Below, piece by piece: positions 49,010 through 61,203 of a stretch of DNA of 64,000 nucleotides. The first letter of the stretch is position 1. Each line of letters begins with the position of its first letter. Source of the stretch: Takakia lepidozioides (taxonomy: Eukaryota > Plantae > Bryophyta); assembly GCA_030704615.1 (NCBI GenBank), contig CM060731.1, forward strand, positions 75,268,001-75,332,000, in the 5' to 3' direction. Under the pieces are notes generated by a model, which worked only from the letters and a program-made list of their open reading frames with translations, made no database searches and was not told where the DNA came from. The position numbers were made by a program, and so were the translations under genes.

Positions 49010-51417
49010 ATTTTGAATGTCGGATGAAGTGATTCGACAAATTTTATCACTGTATTCACATAATGCAGCCAACTCTGTTTGGGATAAGTTATAGATTGGC
49101 GCTGGTGGTTTGGGCTTCTTCTTGTAACTCAATTGCACAGTCATAATGGTCGATGTTCTGGCATATGTCTTTGCATTTTTTTTCTTCTCGAAGACATCCT
49201 TGAAATCTTGATATTGAACAGGTAATGTTGAGGTACCTTTGTCTGTTGTGGTCTTGATCGGAGTCGCATAAAGTGCAAATGACGCATCCTTTTTTGGTAG
49301 CTCTCATGAAAGTTCTAGCTCCAAGGAACAGAGGTTGAATACATTTGATATTTCTACTATTTTTGTCTTGCAGAAAATTTTCGCGATCGCCATTTGATGT
49401 CAAGATTGTGAAGTACGAACTAGGGAAGTCCAAGGATCACATGATTCATTGGAGACTGGATGACGTTGAAAACAATATATGATGCTTGATCTTTAAGCTT
49501 TATTTCAAGTGGTCGAGTTTTCAATGGTCCACATTTCCTTATGCTAACGTTCGTCCATCGATGACTTCAACGGGGGCCGAAAGTTTCTTCTTTACGAGGG
49601 TTAAATTGTGTTGCTTCGCAAAATTTTTGTCCATAAAACAAGCTGAAGCCTCTGAGTCCCAAAGTGCTTATACGGAGATATCTCGATTTTGCACTCTGAT
49701 TTTTTTACCGGGAACTGTGGAAGCAAGGTGCAGGGTCTGGAGGTAGAAAGAGATTTTTTTTCGGTGATGAATTTGTGGTGTCCAGCTGCATGGTCCCTAC
49801 TGTGACTGGATATCTTCGTTTTCCGACCTCCTCCATATCGAAACACTTGAATTGCGCCCCGAGCTTTGAATCTTCTCTTGTTGGGCCGTTTAAATAATGC
49901 TATGTGATCTTTCTTCTCCACAATAAATCATAATCCATTTCGAGCGCCGTCTTTGTTTTTTTTGTTGGGCGTCAATGACTTGAATTGGACAACATCATCT
50001 GCATAGGATCACAACCAGATGTCTGATGGATCGTTGTTTTTAGTGTCGTAGTAGCAGCGGCATGATGCGTCGTCGACCATCCAGATCGCTTCTCTTGATG
50101 TCTTTCGAACAAACGATTATCGTATGCATTGACTTGGACGATGAATTCACTCAGTGTGCTCACGTTTGACATTGTCAGTAACAAATCTTTTACATCCTCT
50201 TTTAGTCCACATCGAAACTGACTAATGAAGTTCTTTCTCATTCAGTTCGAGGTCGCATGCAAAGTTGTCGAAATTCGGCACATAAACAGAAGCAAGACGT
50301 GCTCCCTTGTCGAAGAATTTTGCATCTTTGTTTCTGGCAACTCTCTCTCTATCTTTCTTTCTTCCAAACGTTGCATTGAAACTCGAACATGAATGCTTCA
50401 AAATTATATAGTAAATGCGAATTTTTTTTCTAATAGCGGTGCAAACCAAGATAGGGCAGTGCCTGATAGGATGGTGCCCACGAATCCCACTTGAATACCT
50501 TCATCGGGATAACGTTGTGGATGTAGTCGTAGGAACAGTCGTAGTTGTTGAACAAAACCGCAAAATCTTGATCTCGTCCATCATTTCTCTCAAATTTCTC
50601 GGGCATGCTGATCTTTGGTTCTCTCGTAATCTGTTGAAGATGAACCGTTGCAGTAGGGACTTGTATGGTTGAAGATCCATTGCTCGACTTCTTTAACTCT
50701 GAAATTTGTTGTTCCAAATTGTGGAGAGCGTTGTCAAAATCTTGAAACTGATCAGTTTGCAATTGGGCGGTAGAGGTACGAAGTTCTTACAACAAACTTT
50801 AGTCTCGCTAAATTGTCAGGAACGAGAACATGACTGAACACAAACAAGAGATCAGACTAGAGGTACAAGACTAGACAAGAAGTCAAGGTCGGCGTGGCCG
50901 AATACATGGTGGATAAACATAAATCAAGATGGTCTTTATAACAATGGACAAGAGTACAAGATACTGGAACTCGACTCGAATACTGGAATGCTGGAAACTG
51001 AATTGGGGTACCAGATACTAGAAACTGGACTAGAATACTGGAAGCTGGACTTGAGTACTGGAACTGGGAACAAGAGTAGCTTGAACTTGTGTTGGCGAGA
51101 CTGAAGAGTGTCCAGTCTCGCCTCCTATATATATGGCCTACTAAGAAGTTCCCTAAGAAGCTTCCCCTATAGAGTTTTCTTGATGGAGAAGCTTCCTTAA
51201 ACAAAAGAGGTATAGATGGAGAAGTTTCTCCAAAATGAAGCTTCCTTTGGAAGAAGCTTCCTGAGCAGTTTCCCAAGTTACTCTTGGTAATTTGATAAAC
51301 TTCCGATAACTTGACAACTAATGGTAAATCATGCATGGTAAATCACGGTAAGTCATGATAACTTGATAACTTCTCGTATTTTTTCCTGGTAAGTTCTTCT
51401 GGGTTATTTACGTGATA
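49010..51417 (-). mobile_element. Degenerate Tcn1/Tf1-like Gypsy (chromovirus-like) element: 5' LTR (~51417-50814), gag, protease, start of RT
   Basis: Gag REPKISMPEKF, FISQFRCGLKEDVKDLL, DPMQ. RT start YDCAIELQE..IYNLSQTELAAL. LTR ends ...CCTGACA followed by ATTTAGCGAGACT. TATA GGCCATATATATAGG at ~51125-51138. Confidence 0.8.
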
Positions 51418-52592
51418 GCTGCAATATCATTGCTGTTTCATGTTATTTTGGATCGCATTTGCCTAATGTTTCATAGTTTAGATACAATTAGAGGCGTGCT
51501 TAATGACATTCATTTCCATTTCATTTCCATGTACAGTGAGCAATATAATACCCATTACCAATGGCTCATACATATCTCTAGTAAAGGAATACCAAAGGGT
51601 ATCTTAGAGCAAGGGGGGGAGTTCTTGGGGAGTATTTAGGAGGACACGGGCTTGCAGGGCTGAAAACAAAGTAGTTAGTTGGTCTTGGTAAACATTTCCT
51701 AGCAAGTGGCAAGTACAAATAATAGTGTTGGGTGGTGAACTTGCTTATACGGTGTTTGTGTGGAGACCCGTTTACTATAATAAAGACAGGACTGTAACAT
51801 TTGGTATCAGTTAAGATCAATACCAGTGTTACACATATATTTGATTCAGCCTCAAACCCCCGGCGGATCCCAACCCGGATCTATATATGTGGATCTGCGG
51901 AAGGTCAGAAAATCAAATATCCGCCTCCGTTAAGAACCGCCCGATATGGAGAGATGGGATAACCGAATCTTGTCGAGATCCGGTGGTTTTGTATTTGTTT
52001 TGATTTTAACCCGGTACTAGTGGTTGAAAAGAAATGGGTTATGAACTCATATATTTGACATTTAAAATCGGATATTATAATCCAGATAATAGTAGGTTAT
52101 TGCGTTCACTCAACATAAACGAGGCGGGTCATAGTCATGAGAGTATGACCTATCTTCATTTCATTTGTATTCACGACGTTATGAAGGTGCATGCATATTT
52201 ATAACTTTATATTTTATGATGCATTCCCATTTTCTGAGATTTGAATGGACACTTGCATTTTCTGCATTATCGACAATAGAAAATCTCCTAAGAGCACTCT
52301 CTATGTTATACCCTAATAATTGTAACTATTTTTTTATTAGTATTTTTAAAACATTATATTTTGCAGTTTGGGTTATATATATATATATATTTATTTAAGG
52401 AACAGGGAATAGAGCCCTGGGAACTTTATTACTTTGATTATTGAAGGGAAAAAAAAATTAAAACCCTTAAGCACGGTAGGCCGTGCTGGATAACTCGGGA
52501 ACCATAACGCAAGAGTGGTCACTTGGATAAAACGACACTATCGGCCGACGGAGGCTTGAAGCCTCATCGAATACTATGAAGACCTGATTGCT

Positions 52593-52771
52593 GCATTCAT
52601 CAGCCGGGCATGGCAATGGATTGCGAGACTCGAGGTCGGGTCTGTTTTGGGAGATGATGCGGGTTTTGCGCCACTTGCAGCTTCATCAAGCTGTATCTCC
52701 AGCATACATCTTGGAGAATGTGCCACTGATGGGCGATTCTTGGGCCAGGGTGATGGCCAGTGTGCATCAAG
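52593..52771 (+). pseudogene. Isolated ~180-bp copy of the retrotransposon DNMT domain (matches 984-1162)
   Basis: Open frame HSSAGHGNGLRDSRSGLFWEMMRVLRHLQLHQAVSPAYILENVPLMGDSWARVMASVHQ. Confidence 0.9.
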
Positions 52772-55700
52772 AAAACCTTGACAGGTCAGCAACTAAGCCG
52801 AAGCCATGATTGAGGACCTAAATTGGACAGAACGGAAAACGAGGAACCCCGTTAGGGATGCTGAAGGGTAGCAGGAGGTAGAAGGGAGAAGAGGAGAGTG
52901 TGAGGGGCGGAGCAGATGGGCAGATGGCCTAGTGGTTAAAAATTGAGCAGTAGGAGGAGGACCGACAGTCTATCTATGGAAATGGAGACGAGTTGCTTGA
53001 GGGCCGCACGAACGTGCCTCCAAATGATCTCCGATCTTTCAAATTCCGGGGAGGCTGAAGAGGTATCCCCTGTGCACGTGATAAAATTCCATTCTTTCTT
53101 TTTCTTCCTTTCCCTACTGTCAGCTGTTGCATTTTAGAGGATTCGAGGTGGAGCCCACTCATGCTTTGTAGTGTAATAAATGCTCTACTTCACTTTGGCT
53201 GTCAAATTCCTATGCCAATTTTGCATGGGCTATGCTACATCTGACAGGCTGAATCTTGGTGATCATGGTCTCAAAGATATGCTATGTCAATGTCACAGGG
53301 AACAGCCAATGAGTACATTCTCTTTAGGTAATAGGTATTTGAAGGGATTGTATATGTCCTGAGATTTTCCCAATTTGGGTTAATGAACCTCCCAAGTTAT
53401 AGATCCCATGCATGACATTGGGTATTCATCTCATCATGGTGACATTGTTTCCAGTGTTGCTCCTCTAGCCTTATACCTTGCATCAAATATGACTTGCATT
53501 CTGCCTTTGGGATTTAGTTTTAAAGGTTCACACATTTCAGAGTGACTTGTTCCGTGTCACCTGAGTGTAGATTGAAGAGAGTAGCGTACACACTGGAAGA
53601 TGGCAGGGTCCTGTAGTTTGAATCTGTATTTAACTAATTGATGGCGGGGATGTACTGGGAAATTTCACGAACCTGTTATGCCAATCTGAACTCAACACAT
53701 GGAAAGGGGGATTACTGGGAATGTCAAGGTCCAGTTGTTGAGCCTGTATTCATCTAAATGATAGCTCAGGATGCTGAAATAGGAGGAATAGTATTTCCTA
53801 TTGTTTCCAGACTAGACAGTATATCATTTGAGATGAACTGCCCACCTTTCTGAATTGGTATGCAGTTGGCACCTATAATTGTTGTTGAAACTTGCCCATT
53901 TATGACAACTTGACCATCCGCTTGATTCTTCTCAAGTGATGCTGGCTCCTCCGTTTTACGCCAGGGCGCCAGTGCAGCAAATTAAATCTGCAATTGTCTG
54001 ACATCTCAGTTTCTTTGTATTCTTGAGGGTTGGGGCATTGCTTTCTGCATCCTTGCTTTTTATTCCTTAAGCAAGTAGTCCGGAAGAAAGCAGTCTGCAT
54101 CTGCCAACGGAACATCAAATCAATGAAGACCAATCAATCAACCACCCAGTGGTATGATCCTTCTCAGCGCTATTCTGGTCTCATGAACAGATTCCGTGCT
54201 AGGTCGGGGCCAGCCCAATCTCGACTAATCTGGTTAAAGAGCAAGCTGGCTTGGATGGGTTTCTCAGAATTTTCTATGTTCAGTTTCTAGATGGATGTCA
54301 TTTGATTCCAGACATGTATTCTGATGAATTTGGTTAGATTTACACTTCTTGCAGAGGACTAGTTTCTCTTCTGAATTTTGCTTAGCAATCAGTACCACAA
54401 TGTCAGTTAGGGCAGCTCCTACCCTGGAGATATCTAGCATTGGCTGCCTCCACAAAAGCTGTCTGTCTTGGTAGAAACCCTCAATACTGTGGGGCTGCTC
54501 AGAACTGTTTTTATGTATTTAGTTTGCAGTTATACTCGGTGAGTCTTTGGTTGATATTGAGTAGGGAGTTATGAAGTAAAACTGAGCGCTGGAAATTCCC
54601 CAGCATAGGCATTGGACCGGGATGAGCTGGGAATATGGAGTGTAGAGTTCATTCCTGTCATACTCACAGCCATACATGGAGTCTAGGCAATGCAGAATTT
54701 TTAAGAGACATTTAGGGGCACCAGCTGAAGCAGTACTCTCTCTCTTTTGGGCATTGACAGATTGGTAAGATGATGTCGGATGATAGCGGCAGTATGGATA
54801 AGCAGGTAGTAAGCTGGATTGGAAGCAACGTGGGATACCTGAGATTTACTTTCATTCTGAGAATGGGACTTGAGCGTCTGGAATGAAGAAAGAGAACGCC
54901 CGCAAGTTGGCAAGTAAGTTGTTCTTCCATGTCTCTTTCTGGACGATGTTCTTCTTGTCGTGTATAAGTACATTGTATGACAGTCTGTCTGTCGTGAGGA
55001 GTTACATATAGTCATGTGAACTATTATAGATTCATTCAGCACGGTCCATTGTCATGAACCAATAACTAGAGGTATGGGCAACAACCTAATGTGTGTATTC
55101 ATTGTAGAAAATCATGCCTACGGGCACACCCATGTGGATGATGGTCTATTGGCATTCGACCTGTTTTAGAGCATGGTCTTCAAGGACTGTTACCGTGGGG
55201 ACAGTTATACATGTAGTTTGGATTCTAACATACTTCTAAAGCATGCACAATCAAGACCAGATTTGCAGTTGTACTCCCAAGTTGGGGATAGGGCACAAGG
55301 AGATTGGGGTTAAAAGGAACACTACAAATGCATAGTGGTTAGCCAGAGGCTGGATGTGTTGAGGTGCCAGAATGCGACTGGTGTGGACATTGTGACCCTC
55401 TCCTACTGTTGCAGGTAATCAAATACACTTCTCCCATCCATGTGTTCATGATTTATGGCACAGAAGATTCCTCTTCTGACTTGGAACATAGTCTTCACGA
55501 GTTTAATGTTTCTGGCCTTACCAAATTAATCTGAGTTTACCCTGCACTTAATAGGACGCACCAAGTGGAATGATGGGTTATTATCTGGACATGCATACCT
55601 GCTGTTGTATGCGTTACAACGGCTCAAGATTGTGGACATTTAGCCCCAGTAGCTCAAAGGGACAGTGTCCAATTTCTTTTATCAAACCGTTCCCATGGCC

Positions 55701-57922
55701 TTTTTGAGAAGAGTGTAAAGCTCACAAAGGGCTTCGTGTTTGGCAGATATGTGATGAGCTGTTAGGGCTTCAGCTCTTGGTATTGGAAGAGCTCTTGAGT
55801 GTCTCATGTACTTCCTGCTAAGTGATCTGAATAGGCTTTCCCTGGCTTTCCAACATGATGGCTCCTTCCTATACATGGCAGCAGATTAGGTACTTGACCT
55901 CTTCTTTTGATAATGTCTGTATGCTGCAGGATTGAAGTCGATTGCAAGACACACAGCCCTTAGGTTTCTGAAGTTGGGCTTCTGTTTATGATGAGGGACT
56001 TGCATACATTGGGGGCAGTTGCTGCAACATACGAGAGCTTGATGTTTACAGGTTTGTGTCCACTCTTCCAAGCATCGGCATGGAGGAGACAGATCTTTTT
56101 GTAAATTCCCCTCAGTTTTAAAGTTGTTCCTGAACAGGTGGTTCAGTGTTGAGTATGACAGTATATGGGCAGTGCACAGTATACTGGCTAACACACTTGC
56201 AAGAAGGGCACCGGTGATGGAGTTCTGACAAAGTGGTTGGGTGAACTGGCAGGTCTCAGAACATCGGCAATGCCGGGGTAGCAGCAATGCCCCCGTTTGA
56301 GAGTGATGAACCTTTCCTATTGTAGGCATGTTACAGATGTCAGCATGCACTCACTAGCGCTGAGTGAGGAAAATTAGATCAGGATCAAAAAGGTAGCTTA
56401 CCAAAAGTTGTTTTACTCAGTGAGGGTAACCTTTGCTCTTACAGATTGACCTTGATTGCTTTGGTCATCCATATCAAAAGCTCTCTGTACCAGTTCTGAT
56501 TACTGACAGGGTATGCCCATTCTTGTACTTTACTGTGTACACAGTGCATGACTTTAGTTGTGGGAAGAGGCCACCTTTATACTATTGCACTCTATGACAT
56601 CACCAGTTTTGGCATTGTTATCATCCCATACACACCAGTGTGCTCCCCCCATACCTACATTGTTGCCAAGTGCCTGGAAGTATCACTACTGCCAGAAAAC
56701 CTCGCAATGTTTGCTATGGCACAGACAGCATGTACTGAACAATTAAGAAAGTTTAGCTCAAAACTCTGATAGCAGCATCCTCGTACTAATGCTGTGCAAA
56801 AGGACATCTTTGTGGAGCCAATGTCCAACTAAAACTAAAAGTATTGCTGCAACTGTATGCAGAGAGTCCTGGGTAGTCTAATGGGTTAGTGCTGTGGGGC
56901 TGTGCAACAGAATGTTGAATGAGCAAAGGACATGAGTCAATCTGTTGTCATGTGATCTGTTTATCCGCTCCGCGCACTTCGTCCATTATGAATACATTCG
57001 AGTAGGTTCATTGCAACGTCATCCTTCCCAGCACAACTGACATTAGCGTCCGTCACTAAGACGTGTCCCAACAGCCAAGTTGCCAACTTGAAGTAGAAAG
57101 ATGAATGCTTTTCAGAATCCAACATCAGGCATCTAGCAACACATCCAAGGCTACACACATTCAATACATTTCTACACATTGTCTGTACGGCACATCCCGC
57201 ATATTTCACAAAAAGTCTGTCAGCAACTGAATATCTGTAGTCTGTACTCTGTACTGACCAAGATGCATGCCCTTAGCGGCAGCTGAGAGGTGGTATATCA
57301 CCTTACAGCCAGATAGATACGTACTGTCCATATTCTCTTCAGGACAGTGCCTCGAAAGTTGCAAAGCTTACCCCAATCTCGAGACAGTATACTTTTGTGG
57401 CACTCTGAAATTACTTTGAAAGTCGCATAAGCTAAACTATAAACAGCGTATCGTAACAGCCATTCATAAAGTACTAACCCCAGCACGAGGTCCTTACACC
57501 CGGCTATAACATTCTCAACCCTCATGTACACCTCGAAAACGTAGCATGAAGTGAGCCGTGGAAATTCGGAAATCTAGAAGCCCACGCGGTATCAGAGAAG
57601 TGAATCTTTTCGTGGAGAGGCAGTCGGACACCCAAATAAGAAGATGAACAAGAGCGGAAGATCTATACAAAAAATCGCAGACAGATTTTGCAATGACGAA
57701 GAGAACCCGCTGTCAAATAATCTTCCATATATGAATCACTTGATACACGAGCTCAACCGCTACAGCAAATCAAAACCCATGTTCATCTTCCCACGAATAG
57801 ACTTTGCCCTTTCCCACAAGAAGCGAATTCTAAAACAGCCTTTCGAAAAATGCCAAAAGTCTATCAAAGACCATCAGGCTCCTGGCCCACATAGTTTCTT
57901 GCAATCCCACACGCTAAATGCC

Positions 57923-58083
57923 TCACAGGTAGTGGACAGTGAGACGAAGCGGCATTGACTGCTTTCAGCTTGTCGGCCTTATCGGTGTCGACACACACAG
58001 CGTGTAGAGGTACTTCTTGCACCGCACTTTGAACTTGACCACATCCTTGCTCCTCTTGATCTTCACCGACCGCGCATCCTTCC
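57923..58083 (-). pseudogene. RPL38: 60S ribosomal protein L38 truncated retro-pseudogene
   Basis: [51 protein letters not shown]. Frameshifted, N-terminus missing, no intron. Confidence 0.88.
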
Positions 58084-58834
58084 AGCGGAAAGTAAGTAAG
58101 TATCTAAGTTACTGATCTGCTTCGGCATGGTGCCTGCCCTGAGCTCCAATCTGCGCACGCGCCAGCTATGGTGGCCCAGCACCCACCAGCAAGAAACAGA
58201 ACTAGGATTCTAACAATTTACCAGAAACAACTGGGCACAAGTGAGGTTCCGCACCCAGTGGCATTGGTGACTCGCTCTACCCTGCCGCATCACAAGAGCG
58301 TCATAGAACTTGGCAGATATCTTATCCCCCCAGCGAACCCCTGCACCCTCTACACTCTTCTGTCTGGCTGATTACATCTGCTGCTCAGACCATCAGGCTG
58401 CGACCTTGATTTGCACATCTCTATTACAGAGGTTGGGGTCACGCGATCAGGGTGGGATTCCACAGTCCTGATTCAGATCAGCTTCCACTTTCCTGGCCTA
58501 TGCAATGAATGGACTTATTAATTTGTCCGAGGCCTCATTTGCTCTGCGGTGTTGTTGATCACAGCCTACAGGGCTCTGACAAGTTGGAGGGGTATGCAGA
58601 TCAAGTTGTCTGACATTGGGTTACTGAAGGTCGCAGGTCATGCAGAGCATGAAGCTGGTGCACCTCAAGGCTCAAGCAGGTCAGTAATGACTGCTATGAA
58701 GCTGCCCTTCTTACTGTTGCCTTATTGCCAATTGCACCATCTGCCACAAATTATTCCGAGATCTCATAAACTCCACCTCATTATATTCTGAAACTCCACT
58801 CCACTTCAGACAACTCATTATCAATGTCACCACC

Positions 58835-58932
58835 AGTCGGTAACTCAGTTGGATAGAGCACTGAGTGCCACCCAGGTGACTCTGGGTTCAAATCCTGCTA
58901 CCCTTGTCGGATGTGGTATAATCTTCTCCCCA
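58835..58932 (+). mobile_element. tRNA-derived SINE head (family of 6008-6732)
   Basis: AGTCGGTAACTCAGTTGG (A box) ... GGGTTCAAATCC (B box), then TGTGGTATAATCTTCTCCCC as in the other copies. Confidence 0.75.
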
Positions 58933-59469
58933 TTCACTTCTCCACCTCTCTCCATGCCCCTTTAACATAAACGTTGCAATTATCATTTATCAATCATTAG
59001 TCCTTATTTATTTAACATAGATGTTACAATTATCATTTATCAATAATTAATTATTATTTATTTAACATAAATGTTGCAATTACCATTTATCAATCATTAA
59101 TTCTTATTTATTTATCAACAATCATTATCAATCAATTATCAGGAATCATGACACAAAACTAGTGTGGGTCGTGATCTCACATGGGTGTGTCAATAGGCAT
59201 GATTTTCTATCATGAGTAAGCACATTAGGTTATTGTCCATACCTCCAGTTATTGGTTCATGACAATTCACATGACTATATGTAATTTCTTCCCAGATAAT
59301 GTCATACAATATACTTATACAAAAAGAAAATTGTCCATAAAGAAACATCCAAGAACAACGACAATACACATTAAGGACGTTTTCATCCTTGTAAGATGAA
59401 GTTATTAATGATTTCATCCATTCAAAGGTCTAAAGTCTAAACGCTTGCATTTTCTTCAGGTATGATAAT

Positions 59470-59634
59470 ATTATATATATATATATATATGACGCCTCCG
59501 GAAGGAGGCATAAATTATGGTGTCTCTTGATCCCTAAGGGCAGCATGAAGGTGGACACCATTGTTCACCAATAGGTGGATTGAACCCACAACCACTTCCG
59601 AGGTGGTTTGTGCCCATTACCACTGGGCTACAAC
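59470..59634 (-). mobile_element. Second tRNA-derived SINE-like element with (TA)n tail
   Basis: Minus strand TAGCCCAGTGG (A box) ... GGTTCAATCC (B box); short body ending in (TA)n. Confidence 0.55.
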
Positions 59635-61093
59635 TTGGTTGTTTTAGGTACATATTCACTCCCTCCAATCTCATATGAATGGGGTGTAGAGGCATATCGC
59701 AGTCGTAGTGGAATACAGAATAGTGCATTGCAGATGGAATCTCGAGCAGGAATGTGACCCTTCAATACGGATAGCTTGGCACAACAAGCGGCTTGTATGG
59801 CTCCTCTTTGCGAATAGTGAAATTTATTTTAATCTAGGACAGATATATATATATTTTTCCCCTAGTAATCTACTTTAATCTCCCTGGAAATTCATCCATT
59901 TATTTTTCATAAATTATTCAATAAAAAAGATGTTATCTGAGGGAGGTATTACCTTGAGAAACATATCACGAAGTGGTTTTCAGCAAAGGAGAGGAGGTAA
60001 CACCTAGGGAAGACACAACAGGGGGTTAGCGATTTTTGACATTGATGCCTAGTCTCAGCCTAAAAATATAGGTGGGCAAGAAACTCGTCAGTCCTCGCAT
60101 ACCAACCACATGATACTGCTAAGAAGGTTACATTGAAGACAAATCCACATGTACATTTCAACTTCAAGAGAGAGAGAGAAATAGGTAATGGAGAGGATAA
60201 CCTGAAACATAGCTCGATCCCATGCCGATGGGCCCTTCCCATTGCCTGGTGCATGCCCTGCCCACCTTGCCGCCAACTAATTGACCATCCCTCTCTTCTT
60301 GCACTCCCTCGATCCTATTGGACCCTCCATCTCTTCCCCAGCTCCCTCTTTGGCTTTAGCTTGCCAAATGACCTCGCCACACCTCTAGAACCTCCTCCAA
60401 ACCTTCCATAGCCAATGACATGGCATGCCGGAAGCGGGTCCCTAACAGCGATTTTTTATTGGCGAATTGTCGCCAGATTTGAACCTGGAAAACCAAAAAG
60501 GAATATTCTGTGGAAAATTCCAACTTCACCAAATAAAAAATAAATTATGGATGAACTCGTCAAATACAGATGATATAAATGGATTAAAGTACAAAGGTGG
60601 ATGATTCTATCCTAATTTCAGTGGATGAACAGAATGTATGGCTAGTTTTGGCAAGACTCTGTAGCCACTCGTGCTGTTTTCCAAATTTCTTAAGAAAAAC
60701 GGTGGTCCCAATGGCAGGCGGGTCCGGCAGGAGAGCATAACAGAGGGCAGCAGGGCGGGCCCGCCACACTTCGGAGCAGCCAAGCCACTTGCCCTAGTCA
60801 TATCGAATGCAGTAAGGCGCCTGTACTGACGGGGCACGCTTTATCTGTGGGCGGCTCCTCTTGCCTCGCGGGGCACGCCGTGCAGTCCTCTGTAGCCCAC
60901 GTTGGTCCCCTGCTGCCCTCGCCATTCGTAAAAACCTAGCTACTGTAGTTTTGGTGCGCTTTGAATAGCATCAAATCCCGCTTGTCCTGATCCGCCGTGG
61001 AGCCCATGGGCTCGGGCCTGTAATATCAGATTACGGGCAAATAGGCAAGTAATTTTCTTTTCACACGGTCATAAATGCGGTTTTTACATGAGC

Positions 61094-61203
61094 TAAAGTC
61101 CTGTAACTCGGGCTTTATGGGATTCAAGATTCCCACGCCCTGGGGCTGCCGCCCTGGGGGTGTGCAACCTTGAACCCCGTAAAGCCCTCGTTGCAGGACT
61201 TTA
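61094..61203. repeat. ~110-nt imperfect inverted repeat (hairpin)
   Basis: Arms TAAAGTCCTGTAACTCGGGCTTTATGGGATTCAAG and CTTGAACCCCGTAAAGCCCTCGTTGCAGGACTTTA. Confidence 0.85.

Noticed and set aside
53165-53173. TTTGTAGTG as the right end of the CACTA element starting at 42677
   Set aside because: Flanking trinucleotides differ (GGA vs TAA) and there are no subterminal repeats nearby.
58835-58910. Functional tRNA gene
   Set aside because: A and B boxes are present but the acceptor stem does not pair, and the downstream sequence is shared with other dispersed copies, indicating a SINE head.
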